Shown here piece by piece: positions 1 to 8,672 of a stretch of DNA of 42,087 nucleotides. The notes below the pieces were generated by a model that ran no database searches, was not told the origin of the DNA, and saw only the letters and a program-made list of their open reading frames with translations. Numbering within the stretch: position 1 is the first letter of the stretch; every line of letters begins with the position of its first letter. Position numbers and translations under genes: made by a program. Source of the DNA: a virus; UHGV virus genome UHGV-1352645; one strand, given 5' to 3'.

Positions 1-26
1 GCAGCATTGACAGGTAGATTAGAGGC

Positions 27-608
27 TTACTGGTTCTGGCTGACGATGAACTTGATGAAGGCGGTGATCTTGTTTTTCTCTTCCTGCGGCAGCCTGGCGT
101 ATTCGTGGTGGTCATAGTCTATCAGACCAGCATTGCCAGGCGGCAGGATCAGCTCATATGCATCGCGGCCGAACGCCCGCGCGATAGCCGCCAGTACGCC
201 AATACTGGTGGAGCCTTCTACGTTCAGGATGCGATTTACGGTTGCCTGACCGATGCCGGCCGCTTCCGAAACCTTTTTCTCTGAGTTCAGATTCGGATGC
301 TCTCCCATCCATACACCCAGGGTAAAAGCTGCCTGCTTTTCTACGCTCCATTCCTGCGGGTCGATAATCTTCGGCAGGATCGGGTTGTCAGAAAGATGGT
401 CGACATCCAGCCAGAATCGCTCTTTCCTGGTGAAAGCTTCGATCTCGCGTGCGACGCTTGCGCCGATATTTTTTGTCCCTTTGCTCCACCTGTTAACGAG
501 ATTCGCTGATTTTTTGAATCTCTCGGCAAACCGGAGTTGCGTGTTATCGAAATCCTTCCGGATTATCTCGTTGAGGTTGTCGCGTCTTATGTCGTAGATG
601 CTTTTCAT
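27..608 (-). CDS. CI-like immunity repressor with two XRE-type HTH domains (N-terminal and central) and no peptidase S24 domain
   Basis: 193-aa ORF with HTH-like segments (QLRFAERFKKSANLVNRWSKG and VSEAAGIGQATVNRIL). It is divergent from a Cro-like gene and flanked by TTACC-N5-GGTAA operators. No Ala-Gly/Ser-Lys autopeptidase module is apparent. Confidence 0.55.
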   Translation of the reverse strand: MKSIYDIRRDNLNEIIRKDFDNTQLRFAERFKKSANLVNRWSKGTKNIGASVAREIEAFTRKERFWLDVDHLSDNPILPKIIDPQEWSVEKQAAFTLGVWMGEHPNLNSEKKVSEAAGIGQATVNRILNVEGSTSIGVLAAIARAFGRDAYELILPPGNAGLIDYDHHEYARLPQEEKNKITAFIKFIVSQNQ

Positions 609-661
609 TTCTATTTTTTTAGCCTGAAATTGTTACCTAACTGATTAAATTTAATAGAATA

Positions 662-693
662 TTACCATAAAGGTAAACTTACCAAAAAGGTAA
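662..693. promoter_or_regulatory. Putative OR operators: tandem TTACCATAAAGGTAA (662-676) and TTACCAAAAAGGTAA (679-693) between the repressor and cro-like genes; weaker half-sites at 633-637 and 709-723
   Basis: Two 15-bp palindromes 2 nt apart sit just upstream of a sigma70-like rightward promoter (-35 TTGATT 700-705, -10 ATAATC 723-728). Confidence 0.55.
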
Positions 694-762
694 CAGTCAT
701 TGATTTTTACACCAGATTGGTAATAATCAGGCTGTCTAAAGTTAGTCCGGGACTAAAAAAAT

Positions 763-996
763 ATGAGCGATGTGCAAAAATTTGACTTCAAACGCTGCTG
801 GCTCGACCTCTCTCCGGCAGAGCGTGAAGAGTTCGCAAGTGACGCCGGCACGACCAGCCACTACATTCAGGTTCACCTGACTGGTCGTAGAAGAATTCCA
901 CGTAAACCTCTGTTAGAAAGACTGTTTAAAGCCTGCAAATCCCGTAAGTGGATCTCCGCAAAATCCGACCTGGTCCTCTGGTTCCACGAACGTTAA
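763..996 (+). CDS. Cro/YdaS-like HTH regulator
   Basis: 77-aa protein with the motif TTSHYIQVHLTGRRRIPRKPL typical of the YdaS/Cro-like family. It is divergent from the repressor gene. Confidence 0.5.
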   Translation: MSDVQKFDFKRCWLDLSPAEREEFASDAGTTSHYIQVHLTGRRRIPRKPLLERLFKACKSRKWISAKSDLVLWFHER

Positions 997-1142
997 TCCT
1001 CAAAACTCACCCGCGCCGCCACCCCCAGGCGGCTCCTGCCTCTCCCTGAATACCAATCCGGTAATAATTATCCAAATACGGTTGATCTTTTTTTGGCTTG
1101 CTGCAAAATTACCAAAGACAAATGCAGAAAGAGGGCAAGTCG

Positions 1143-1346
1143 ATGAAGCGAATTACCCAGCGAGAGGCCATTGAGCAGGGGCTCACTCGGTTCTACACAG
1201 GGAAGACGTGTAAGCATGGCCATGACAGCGAGCGATACACCATCAGCGGCGAGTGCGTTACGTGCAATAACGAGCGCGCGCGCCGGCAGGCGCAGATGAG
1301 ATCAGAGCGTCTGAAAGCAGCCAGAAAGGCCAGGGAGGCAGCATGA
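1143..1346 (+). CDS. Small CxxC...CxxC zinc-finger protein (ORF track extends upstream to 1098)
   Basis: ATG at 1143 is preceded by a GAGGG Shine-Dalgarno. The product has CKHGH...CVTC cysteine pairs. Confidence 0.3.
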   Translation: MKRITQREAIEQGLTRFYTGKTCKHGHDSERYTISGECVTCNNERARRQAQMRSERLKAARKAREAA

Positions 1347-1373
1347 CGCCTTCAGCTTATATGGGGGTGCAGG

Positions 1374-2144
1374 ATGGCCAGTAGCTGGATAAAAGTCGAG
1401 GTGATCACACCAGACAAGCCTGAGATTTTCCAGATAGCGGAAATCCTGAATATCGACCCCGATGCGGTACTCGGTAAGCTCGTTCGCATATGGGCATGGG
1501 CGGATCAGCAGACTGTTGACGGTAACGCTGGCAGCGTTACAAAAGGAGTGCTTGACCGTATCGCTTTTATTACAGGATTCGCTGATGCACTGATCGCTGT
1601 TGGTTGGCTCGCTTACGACGGCAACAAGCTTATTCTCCCCAACTTTGAGCGACATAATGGGGAAAGCTCTAAAAAACGGGCACTTACAAACAGAAGGGTT
1701 GCAGCACACCGCAAAAATGAAACGCAGAAAGTAACGCTGGCTGCGTTACAAAAAGCGTTACCAGAGGAAGAGGAAGAGGAAGAGGAAGAAGTAAAAGATA
1801 AGATCCCCCCTAACCCCCCAAGGGGGAGGGAGCCAAAAAAATCTTATCCGTATCCTGAACAGCTCAATGCCGAAGCCTGGGATGAGTGGAAGGCCTACAG
1901 GTCAGAAATGCGGTTTAAAGCCTACGCGCCAACTGAACGGAGCGAGGGCGCAGCAATCACCGAACTGATTAACCTGTCTGGCGGCAACCACACACGGCAG
2001 ATGCAGATTGTGAAGCAGAGCATGGCGAAGGGTTGGAAAGGGCTGTTCGAGCTGAAAGGCGGCTCTGGGCAGCGAGATGTGAACACCATATCCCGTCCGG
2101 ACACCGAGATCCCGCCGGGATTCAGGGGCGGACCGGCGCCCTGA
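1374..2144 (+). CDS. Putative replication initiator / replisome organiser-like protein with an internal acidic (E8) linker
   Basis: 256-aa ORF in the position of lambda O. Its N-terminal region (WIKVEV...GKLVRIWAWADQQTVDGN) is reminiscent of phage replication organiser N-domains. The gene contains two copies of the palindrome GTAACGCTGGCWGCGTTAC and a GAGGAA x4 run. Confidence 0.3.
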   Translation: MASSWIKVEVITPDKPEIFQIAEILNIDPDAVLGKLVRIWAWADQQTVDGNAGSVTKGVLDRIAFITGFADALIAVGWLAYDGNKLILPNFERHNGESSKKRALTNRRVAAHRKNETQKVTLAALQKALPEEEEEEEEEVKDKIPPNPPRGREPKKSYPYPEQLNAEAWDEWKAYRSEMRFKAYAPTERSEGAAITELINLSGGNHTRQMQIVKQSMAKGWKGLFELKGGSGQRDVNTISRPDTEIPPGFRGGPAP

Positions 2145-2149
2145 CAGCC

Positions 2150-2177
2150 AGCGCAGCGCGGAAGCGCGTTTTTTTAC
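2150..2177 (+). terminator. Rho-independent terminator (GC hairpin plus T7 run)
   Basis: AGCGCGGAAGCGCG followed by TTTTTTT, directly after the stop of the 1374..2144 gene. Confidence 0.45.
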
Positions 2178-2187
2178 GCCTTAATGT

Positions 2188-2264
2188 TTACCAAAAAGGT
2201 AATAAAATATGCGCAAGACTATTGATATTGATCCGTTTATGGTTATAAATTACCAATAAGGTAA
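2188..2264. promoter_or_regulatory. Two TTACC-N5-GGTAA palindromes (2188-2202 TTACCAAAAAGGTAA; 2250-2264 TTACCAATAAGGTAA), the second ending 5 nt before the ATG at 2270
   Basis: Exact matches to the operator-like motif. Confidence 0.5.
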
Positions 2265-2269
2265 AAATC

Positions 2270-2617
2270 ATGCGAAAGACACTACAGGCACTTGGCCGGC
2301 TTAAAGCGGGCCAGATGAACAAAACCGAAACTGCGTATGCGCAAGAGCTTGAACTGCGTAGGCGCTACGGGGAAATCGCCTGGTACCGGTTCGAAGGCAT
2401 CAAGCTGCGTCTGGCTGACAACACGTTCTACACGCCTGACTTCGCCGTGATGCTGGCAAACGGCCAACTGGAAATGCACGAAGTGAAGGGGGGTTACTGG
2501 ACTGACGATGCCAGGGTGAAAACCAAAGTCGCAGCCGACCAGTACCCATTCCGGATCATCGGAGTAACGAAGCTCCCGGCAAAAGCCGGCGGCGGGTGGA
2601 AGGTCGAAGAGTTCTAA
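2270..2617 (+). CDS. DUF1064-like predicted PD-(D/E)XK nuclease
   Basis: 115-aa protein with YTPDF...EVKG motifs. Confidence 0.45.
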   Translation: MRKTLQALGRLKAGQMNKTETAYAQELELRRRYGEIAWYRFEGIKLRLADNTFYTPDFAVMLANGQLEMHEVKGGYWTDDARVKTKVAADQYPFRIIGVTKLPAKAGGGWKVEEF

Positions 2618-2678
2618 AACAACGATCTTCATTGATATCAATTGAATCAATAAGTTAAACGGGTAAGCGGGGGTAAGT

Positions 2679-2813
2679 ATGGATTTCGATTTCGTGAATT
2701 ACAGCCGGCGGTCGCTACTGCTGTTCGTGATGGTGGCAAACATCATTGGGTGGGTGGCAATCATCGCCGTCCTGTATGTGGCTTATCTGGCGATCGAGTG
2801 GGTGACAGCATGA
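2679..2813 (+). CDS. 44-aa single-pass membrane peptide (below the ORF-track size cutoff)
   Basis: GGGGGTAAG Shine-Dalgarno 2 nt upstream of the ATG. The product is hydrophobic (LLLFVMVANIIGWVAIIAVLYVAYLAI). Its TGA stop overlaps the ATG of the next gene (ATGA). Confidence 0.35.
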   Translation: MDFDFVNYSRRSLLLFVMVANIIGWVAIIAVLYVAYLAIEWVTA

Positions 2814-3238
2814 ACATCGAAACAGTAAACGAGCTCATCGCCTCCCTGGAGAGCGCGGGCGAGCTGTCGATCAGAGAGCAGAAGTTCCTGAAGCTGGCGA
2901 AAGCGTTTAAGCAGATGGCGGCGGAGAATGTGGCTCTGAAGAATGTATTTAGCCAGAAGGAAATCCCATCCGAAGCAGTCGATGCATTCATGGAAACCGC
3001 AGTAATGGATCATGACTGGAATGAAACCTCCGAGTGGTCATGGGTTGAAAACGAAACAGAGGTTATCCACGCCGTTCTGGGCGCACTTAAACCTGAAACC
3101 CCCGCCACCGATCGCATCGTAGCCGGGATTAAGGCTGATGGGGTGGTGCAGGCTGCAAACGAATGTTATGGCGCTGGTTATATCTGCGAAACATTGCTGG
3201 CGTATGCCCAGCAGCTGCGCGAGGGGGCCGACAAATGA
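2810..3238 (+). CDS. Hypothetical early protein (142 aa; ORF track gives 2750 but the coupled ATG at 2810 is more likely)
   Basis: ATGA overlap with the upstream peptide, and acidic protein-like composition. Confidence 0.4.
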   Translation: MNIETVNELIASLESAGELSIREQKFLKLAKAFKQMAAENVALKNVFSQKEIPSEAVDAFMETAVMDHDWNETSEWSWVENETEVIHAVLGALKPETPATDRIVAGIKADGVVQAANECYGAGYICETLLAYAQQLREGADK

Positions 3239-3519
3239 GCAAGCACCTAAAACTAACTGACGCTCAAATCTTCACGCTTCGCCGTATGTATAACGGCACA
3301 CGGTATTTCATGCGTGGTGACAAACAAAAAGGCGAGCAAGATAAGGGCTCCCACCGCGTTAATTGTCCCTCTATACCAGTGCTTTTTCGTGAGGGGCTTG
3401 TGAATTGGTGTAATCCAGCGTGCAGAAAATTTGATGGACTGTATTACAGCGTGAATTTAACCCCCTCAGGCTTCGATGCAGTTGTAGAGGGGAAAACCAG
3501 CAAGGAGCGAGCAGCATGA
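3235..3519 (+). CDS. Hypothetical early protein (94 aa)
   Basis: ATGA stop/start coupling with neighbours on both sides. In frame with the 3163 track ORF. Confidence 0.35.
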   Translation: MSKHLKLTDAQIFTLRRMYNGTRYFMRGDKQKGEQDKGSHRVNCPSIPVLFREGLVNWCNPACRKFDGLYYSVNLTPSGFDAVVEGKTSKERAA

Positions 3520-4007
3520 CTGATATCACCGAACTGGCGCAGAGCCTGAAGGCGGAAGACATTTCTTCTGAGCGCATGGAGTGGCTAAAGAAACTGGCTG
3601 ATATGGAGTATTGCGCTAGCAATCCAGGCCATTGGCTGATGAATCTCAAAGAAACAAATTACCTTGCTTCGCTTGCGCTGCAATGCCTTGAGAGCAATTC
3701 GGCGCTGGTAGAGGCGCTGGAGAAGGCGCAGCAGGTAGACGAAGAGCTTTGCAAGCTCCTGCCTCCAGGTGTTGAGTACATGGACCCTCCAGACGGCGGC
3801 GATGTCACGCCGCTTGAAGGAGTACGTCGAATGGTGGCTGATTACCGCCAGCGCATCGCCGAGCTGGAGTCCCGCACCGTGAAGTTGCCAGACTTACGGC
3901 AGATTGTATCTGGGGACAGATATGTCTGGTCTGATGGTGTTTATAACTACAGCCAGGACGTAAAGGTAGCGCTGGCCGACGCTGGCATCAAGGTGGAGGC
4001 TGAATGA
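3516..4007 (+). CDS. Ead/Ea22-like protein
   Basis: Contains the coiled-coil signature YRQRIAELESR typical of the Ea22 family, and sits in an early-operon context. Confidence 0.45.
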   Translation: MTDITELAQSLKAEDISSERMEWLKKLADMEYCASNPGHWLMNLKETNYLASLALQCLESNSALVEALEKAQQVDEELCKLLPPGVEYMDPPDGGDVTPLEGVRRMVADYRQRIAELESRTVKLPDLRQIVSGDRYVWSDGVYNYSQDVKVALADAGIKVEAE

Positions 4008-4135
4008 TGCTTAATTTAGATGGTCTTGGCGGGGCAATTGTTATTTTCGGCATCATCTGCGCGGTGGTTGGCTGGGGAGTAATTGAGCTCATCCTCTGGC
4101 TGTTCTCGTTCGTTCACATTTCTTTTGGAGGTTAG
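4004..4135 (+). CDS. 43-aa single-pass membrane peptide
   Basis: Start overlaps the previous stop (ATGATG). The product (GGAIVIFGIICAVVGWGVIELILWLF) is hydrophobic. A GGAGGT Shine-Dalgarno for the next gene lies at its 3' end. Confidence 0.3.
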   Translation: MMLNLDGLGGAIVIFGIICAVVGWGVIELILWLFSFVHISFGG

Positions 4136-4139
4136 GGTC

Positions 4140-5105
4140 ATGACCAAATCAACCATAACCAGAGAGCGCGCACGGCAAATTTTCCTAGGTAATGGACCAG
4201 AGCCAAGCGCATCAGAAGAACGAGAGTTGGCCCGCATGGCGCTGGCCGCAATGGACAGCGAGTCTGGGTGTTTGCCTCTCGACTACTTACAGGGACACAA
4301 AGACGGCCTGGAGTGGGCCTCCCAACTGGCAGAAGCCAATCACCCTGAAACCGGAGACTGGCTTTACGATGACCCTATCGAGCTGGCAAAAGCTATTCGC
4401 AAAGGTCCAGATATGCCGCCAGTGCAGCCGGCGCCGGTAGTGCCTGACGATGTGCTGAAGGCGTTGCAGAAGGTTGCGCGAATACGCCTTGATATGGATG
4501 GCTTCGACGGTGATCGCCGTGGCATCGCTGATTGCCTGTGTGATGCCGAAGAGGCGTTAATCGAGGTGGTAAACCGACGTGCCGCCATGTTTAACCATCC
4601 CGAGCAACACCTCGACATGGTAGACCATTCTGGTGATGTCAACGAAAAGGGCGGGGATGGCAACTCTCAGGTGATTCCGGATGGTTGGACATGCAACGAT
4701 AAAGCAAACGCAGCGCTGATGATGCTTGATCGGATTGAAACGGTAGACCCTGTTGATGATGACCGTATCGACGGCATTAAGCGCATTGTTCGTGAGCTCG
4801 CAGCCGCCCCGCATGATACCCCCGCTCTGAACTCGGTGCAGAGCGTCGTTACTGTGCCGGGTAAATGGATTCCGGTAAGCGAGCGGATGCCCGAAGAAGG
4901 CGGCCGTTACTGGTGCTATGTAGAGGAGCAAAACAGCCTGGGCAAAAGTCACTATCAATGGAATTGCTCCTGGAATGGCGATGTATGGTCTGACAAAGCG
5001 CTAACTGGACGTGTTACCCACTGGATGCCACTGCCAGCCGCCCCTCAGGAGGCTATTAACGCATTGATTTCGGTAGTTTCGCGGAATGAGCCGGAGGGGA
5101 AGTGA
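4140..5105 (+). CDS. DUF551-domain protein (Ead/Ea22-like C-terminus)
   Basis: The C-terminus has KWIPVSERMPEEGGRYW...THWMPLPAAP, typical of DUF551. The ATG at 4140 has a GGAGGT Shine-Dalgarno (track start 4083 is less likely). Confidence 0.5.
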   Translation: MTKSTITRERARQIFLGNGPEPSASEERELARMALAAMDSESGCLPLDYLQGHKDGLEWASQLAEANHPETGDWLYDDPIELAKAIRKGPDMPPVQPAPVVPDDVLKALQKVARIRLDMDGFDGDRRGIADCLCDAEEALIEVVNRRAAMFNHPEQHLDMVDHSGDVNEKGGDGNSQVIPDGWTCNDKANAALMMLDRIETVDPVDDDRIDGIKRIVRELAAAPHDTPALNSVQSVVTVPGKWIPVSERMPEEGGRYWCYVEEQNSLGKSHYQWNCSWNGDVWSDKALTGRVTHWMPLPAAPQEAINALISVVSRNEPEGK

Positions 5106-5293
5106 TGCCGTACTTCTTCCTGATTTTCGTCATCAGCAGCAATACATCGAATATGCAGGTGGTTCCTATGCAGAGTATGGAGCAGTGCAAAGCAGCCATT
5201 AAGGCGATGAAAGTTGCAGATGATAAGAGGTCCTGGGACGACGTTTCGCCGAGCGTAGATAATATTCAATGCGTAGAGGTGAAAGGTGCCTAA
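5102..5293 (+). CDS. Hypothetical small protein
   Basis: ATGATG start overlaps the upstream stop. Confidence 0.25.
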   Translation: MMPYFFLIFVISSNTSNMQVVPMQSMEQCKAAIKAMKVADDKRSWDDVSPSVDNIQCVEVKGA

Positions 5294-5624
5294 ATCCCCC
5301 GCAGAACGCAAAGCCGCGCAGCGCGCGCGGCAGTCCGCCGCCGGTGAGCGCAAAATTGAACTGGTGCTGGATGAACAGGAGCAGGAGATGCTGGCGCGGA
5401 ACTGCGCCGCCCGGCGCCCTGGTCGTGATCCCTACGAAATGGCCGAGTACATCGCGCTGCTGATCCGCCAGGATGACGCCCGGGTGCGCGGCCGGATTAA
5501 CGCCATCAGCAAACGCCGCTGCGGCAAGTGCGGCGATCAACTGCCGGTGGAATCCTGCCCTTGCACTGGTGATTCTCAGTGCTGGGCTACTCTTGGCTGG
5601 CACGAAACAAAACTACCGCTGTGA
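5286..5624 (+). CDS. Hypothetical protein with C-terminal Cys-rich zinc-ribbon-like motif (GTG start)
   Basis: CGKCG...CPCTGDSQC motif. The stop codon is embedded in the GTGACATGTCAC palindrome. Confidence 0.3.
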   Translation: MPKSPAERKAAQRARQSAAGERKIELVLDEQEQEMLARNCAARRPGRDPYEMAEYIALLIRQDDARVRGRINAISKRRCGKCGDQLPVESCPCTGDSQCWATLGWHETKLPL

Positions 5625-5661
5625 CATGTCACGACAGATTGACTAAATCCTTGCATGATTA

Positions 5662-5681
5662 TACTGTTTAAATATACAGTA
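5662..5681. promoter_or_regulatory. Consensus LexA (SOS) box TACTGTTTAAATATACAGTA overlapping a sigma70-like promoter (-35 TTGCAT at 5651-5656)
   Basis: Perfect CTGT-N8-ACAG with AT-rich spacer, 18 nt upstream of the ATG at 5699. Confidence 0.65.
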
Positions 5682-5698
5682 TTTTGGGGGTGAGGATC

Positions 5699-5956
5699 AT
5701 GGGTGGCAAAGACCGTAATTATACTGTCGTTTACCGCGGGGATTTTATCGACGCCGTACCTGATGGCCGATGGATGATGATCCAGCGTGGCAAGGAGTAC
5801 GGCGGCGGCTACTGGTTTGGTCGAGCTTATGCCGACTGCTTCTGGCTTGAGTTTGAGCGGCCAATGCCTCTATCAAGCTGTGTTGAGTACGTAGTGCTAT
5901 ACGACCATGTCGCTGCCCGAGCTCATGAGTTTGAGGATGAATTTAAACTAGAATGA
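5699..5956 (+). CDS. SOS-regulated small protein of unknown function (85 aa)
   Basis: GGGGGTGAGGA Shine-Dalgarno, then ATG at 5699 (track ORF begins at TTG 5684). Directly downstream of the LexA box. Confidence 0.45.
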   Translation: MGGKDRNYTVVYRGDFIDAVPDGRWMMIQRGKEYGGGYWFGRAYADCFWLEFERPMPLSSCVEYVVLYDHVAARAHEFEDEFKLE

Positions 5957-5957
5957 C

Positions 5958-5988
5958 CGCGGCCGCCGACTATGGCGGCTTTTTTTTG
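5958..5988 (+). terminator. Rho-independent terminator (GCCGCC-loop-GGCGGC plus T8)
   Basis: Hairpin and T-run seen directly in sequence after the 5699..5956 gene. Confidence 0.55.
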
Positions 5989-5998
5989 CGTGTTACTA

Positions 5999-6013
5999 TT
6001 ACCTAAAAGGTAA
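5999..6013. promoter_or_regulatory. TTACCTAAAAGGTAA palindrome upstream of the terminase operon
   Basis: Exact motif instance between the terminator and the small terminase start. Confidence 0.5.
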
Positions 6014-6033
6014 TTATTTTCGGGGTGTTTACC

Positions 6034-6618
6034 ATGCCAAAGGATCCGAAGCGCAAATCAACTCAGTACAAACCGTTGACGGTGATGCAGGAAGCCTACG
6101 CCCAGGAGTATGTGAAATGCCCTGAAAATCAGACGCAGGCGGCCATCAATGCCGGGTTCTCCCCAAAGTCTGCCCACGTCAAAGCCAGCACAATGATGCG
6201 TGATGAGCGTATCCAGAAACGAATCGCTGAGCTCATGGAGGAGCGCAACAAGCGCCTGCGCGTCAGTGCCGATTACGTGCTGCTGCGCCTGGTGGAAATC
6301 GACCAGATGGACGTGCTGGATATCCTGAACGACGACGGCAGCCTGAAGCCTATCCGCGAGTGGCCGAAAATCTGGCGAACCACGCTAAGCGGCTTTGATC
6401 TTTCCTCAACCATCATGAACATGGATGAGACCTCGATAGAGACCATCCTCAAGAAAATCAAATGGCCCGACAAGGTGAAAAACCTCGAGCTTATCGGTAA
6501 GCACGTTGACGTTAACGCGTTCAAAGAGCGCATGGAAGTTAACGTGAACGTTACCATTGCCGATCGCATGGCCGCCGCCCGGCGCCGCCTGAAAGAGCGT
6601 CAGGGTGGTGACCAGTGA
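6034..6618 (+). CDS. Terminase small subunit (Terminase_2-like)
   Basis: N-terminal LTVMQEAYAQEY...QTQAAINAGFSPKSA motif. It overlaps the large subunit start (GTGA). Confidence 0.6.
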   Translation: MPKDPKRKSTQYKPLTVMQEAYAQEYVKCPENQTQAAINAGFSPKSAHVKASTMMRDERIQKRIAELMEERNKRLRVSADYVLLRLVEIDQMDVLDILNDDGSLKPIREWPKIWRTTLSGFDLSSTIMNMDETSIETILKKIKWPDKVKNLELIGKHVDVNAFKERMEVNVNVTIADRMAAARRRLKERQGGDQ

Positions 6619-8093
6619 CAGACGCCGCTTTATCCCCGGAAGAACAGCTGATCGAAGATATCGCCAGCTTCACCCATGACCCGCTGGGCTATGCGCTGTA
6701 TGCGTTCCCGTGGGGCGAGGATGGCACCGAACTGGCGCACGCCTCCGGGCCGCGACAGTGGCAGGCTGACGCATTCCGCGAGATAGGCGAGCACCTGCAG
6801 AATCCCGCGACTCGTCATCAGCCGCTGATGATTTCCCGCGCATCCGGCCACGGCATCGGCAAATCTGCGTTCATATCGATGCTGATTAACTGGGCCATGT
6901 CCACCTGTGAAGATTGCAAGGTGGTGGTGACCGCTAACACCGACAACCAGCTGCGCACGAAGACCTGGCCGGAAATCATCAAATGGTCGAACCTGGCTAT
7001 CACGAAAGAGTGGTTCACCTGCACCGCCACTGCGATGTACAGCAACGATCCTGGACACGACAAACGCTGGCGCGCCGATGCTATTCCCTGGTCTGAGCAC
7101 AACACCGAGGCGTTTGCAGGCCTGCACAACGAGCGTAAGCGCATCGTTGTGGTGTTCGACGAAGCATCCAACATCGCGGATCTGGTCTGGGAGGTTGCCG
7201 AGGGCGCGCTGACGGACGAAGACACCGAAATCATCTGGGTGGCGTTCGGTAACCCGACGCGCAACACCGGGCGATTCCGTGAGTGCTTCCGCAAGTACCG
7301 GCACCGCTGGAAATGCGCGCAAATCGACAGCCGAACCGTCGAAGGCACGAACAAAGAGCAGCTCCAGAAATGGGTGGATGACTACGGCGAGGACAGCGAC
7401 TTTGTGAAGGTCCGCGTGCGGGGGATCTTCCCGGATGCGTCAGAAAACCAGTTCATTCCGTCTGGACTGACACAACCAGCCGTGGGCAGAGTGATAACTC
7501 CTGCGCAGGTTCAGCATGCTGCTGTGGTTCTTGGTGTCGACCCGTCACACCAGGGCAAAGACCCGGCAGTTATTTACCTCAGGCAGGGTTTGCATTGTAA
7601 AAAGCTTGGAGAGTGGCAACGAACCACTGATGACGTGTGGTTTGCTAAGGTGATCGCAGACTTTGAAGACCAGTACCAGGCGGATGCCGTATTTATTGAT
7701 TATGGCTATGGTACCGGCCTTAAATCAGTTGGTGATAACTGGGGGCGTTCCTGGACGCTAATTCAGTTTGGTGGCGGAACATCTGATCCCGAGATGGGGA
7801 ATAAGCGCGGCGAGATGTACAAATCTGCCCGCGATGCGCTGAAACTCGGGGCGCAACTCGACAGCCAGGATTTAGCCGACGAACTGAGCGCACCGGAGTA
7901 CAAAGTGCGCTTGAAAGACAGCCGGAAGATTTTGCAGGAAAAGGACGAAGTTAAGGAGTTGCTGGGGCGCTCGCCGAACAATGCCGACGCCTATGTGCTC
8001 ACCTATGCATTCCCGGTGACGAAGAAACAATTCAACTATGGGCAGCAAAGCCAGCAGCCCAACGTGATCAGCGAGTACGACCCATACGCATGA
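6615..8093 (+). CDS. Terminase large subunit
   Basis: 492 aa with a Walker A-like GHGIGKS and nuclease-domain acidic residues. Position and coupling with the small subunit fit. Confidence 0.8.
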   Translation: MTDAALSPEEQLIEDIASFTHDPLGYALYAFPWGEDGTELAHASGPRQWQADAFREIGEHLQNPATRHQPLMISRASGHGIGKSAFISMLINWAMSTCEDCKVVVTANTDNQLRTKTWPEIIKWSNLAITKEWFTCTATAMYSNDPGHDKRWRADAIPWSEHNTEAFAGLHNERKRIVVVFDEASNIADLVWEVAEGALTDEDTEIIWVAFGNPTRNTGRFRECFRKYRHRWKCAQIDSRTVEGTNKEQLQKWVDDYGEDSDFVKVRVRGIFPDASENQFIPSGLTQPAVGRVITPAQVQHAAVVLGVDPSHQGKDPAVIYLRQGLHCKKLGEWQRTTDDVWFAKVIADFEDQYQADAVFIDYGYGTGLKSVGDNWGRSWTLIQFGGGTSDPEMGNKRGEMYKSARDALKLGAQLDSQDLADELSAPEYKVRLKDSRKILQEKDEVKELLGRSPNNADAYVLTYAFPVTKKQFNYGQQSQQPNVISEYDPYA

Positions 8094-8096
8094 AAA

Positions 8097-8116
8097 AGCC
8101 CGCACATAGGCGGGCT
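8097..8116. terminator. Bidirectional hairpin AGCCCGC-ACATAG-GCGGGCT between convergent genes
   Basis: Lies between the terminase L stop (8093) and the minus-strand gene stop (8137). Adjacent to the GTGACATGTCAC palindrome. Confidence 0.4.
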
Positions 8117-8136
8117 GATTGTGACATGTCACGGTA

Positions 8137-8508
8137 TTATTTTTCGCTCAGTCTCTGCTTCAGCAGGTAACCTTCCAGCATCCAGATTTTATTTACCGCA
8201 TTTTCACGGGCAATCTTGCGCCCGATTTCAGGGTCGAAGTTTTCAGGACTGGCGCAGGCGCTTTCACCGGTGACGGTGAAGCCGTTGCGCAGCACCAGGA
8301 CGCAGAACGTCAGCAGAGAAAGTGATTCGTGCGGCTGGTAGTTTACCTCTCCGCCAGTATGTTTCGCTTTTATGGCTACGCCAAAGGCACCATCTTCTGC
8401 TGTGAAATATGCTTCCTGAGCAATGATGCTTTCGATGTGGGCAGGCGTAACTCGCGGCGCCGTTAAGCCTTTAGCCTGAATTTCAGATTCAATGTCTTTG
8501 TCACTCAT
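8137..8508 (-). CDS. Phage_gp49_66-family protein (N4 gp49 / Sf6 gp66-like)
   Basis: 123-aa protein with the motif GLTAPRVTPAHIESIIAQEAY...NGFTVTGESACASPENFDPEIGRKIA. Confidence 0.4.
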   Translation of the reverse strand: MSDKDIESEIQAKGLTAPRVTPAHIESIIAQEAYFTAEDGAFGVAIKAKHTGGEVNYQPHESLSLLTFCVLVLRNGFTVTGESACASPENFDPEIGRKIARENAVNKIWMLEGYLLKQRLSEK

Positions 8509-8520
8509 AGTCTAATCTCA

Positions 8521-8672
8521 CCTTAAAAAAATGCCCGGCGAACCGGGCGAAACAGGGATGATGGAAAGTGCCGTCCATGGCTGGGTGTCACAGGGTTTAC
8601 AGCATGAAGTCATCGCAATGGCGTCCTGCTGTAAAAAGGGCGGTGGTCAGAAAGGGAATAACTGCCACCGCC
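8521..8672 (-). terminator. Two leftward rho-independent terminators (hairpins 8530-8547 and 8638-8672, each followed by a T-run on the minus strand)
   Basis: On the minus strand the sequence reads GCCCGGTTCGCCGGGC TTTTTTT and GGCGGTGG...CCACCGCC CTTTTTAC. No ORF lies upstream of them. Confidence 0.4.

Noticed and set aside
6630-7354. Long antisense ORFs inside the terminase gene (6630..7322, 6818..7354); likewise 11471..12262, 12345..13013, 13329..13805, 9691..10008, 10681..11151, 4364..4958, 5199..5603, 1302..1709
   Set aside because: Shadow ORFs on the opposite strand of well-supported, higher-GC coding genes, with low-complexity Arg/Ser/Pro-rich translations.
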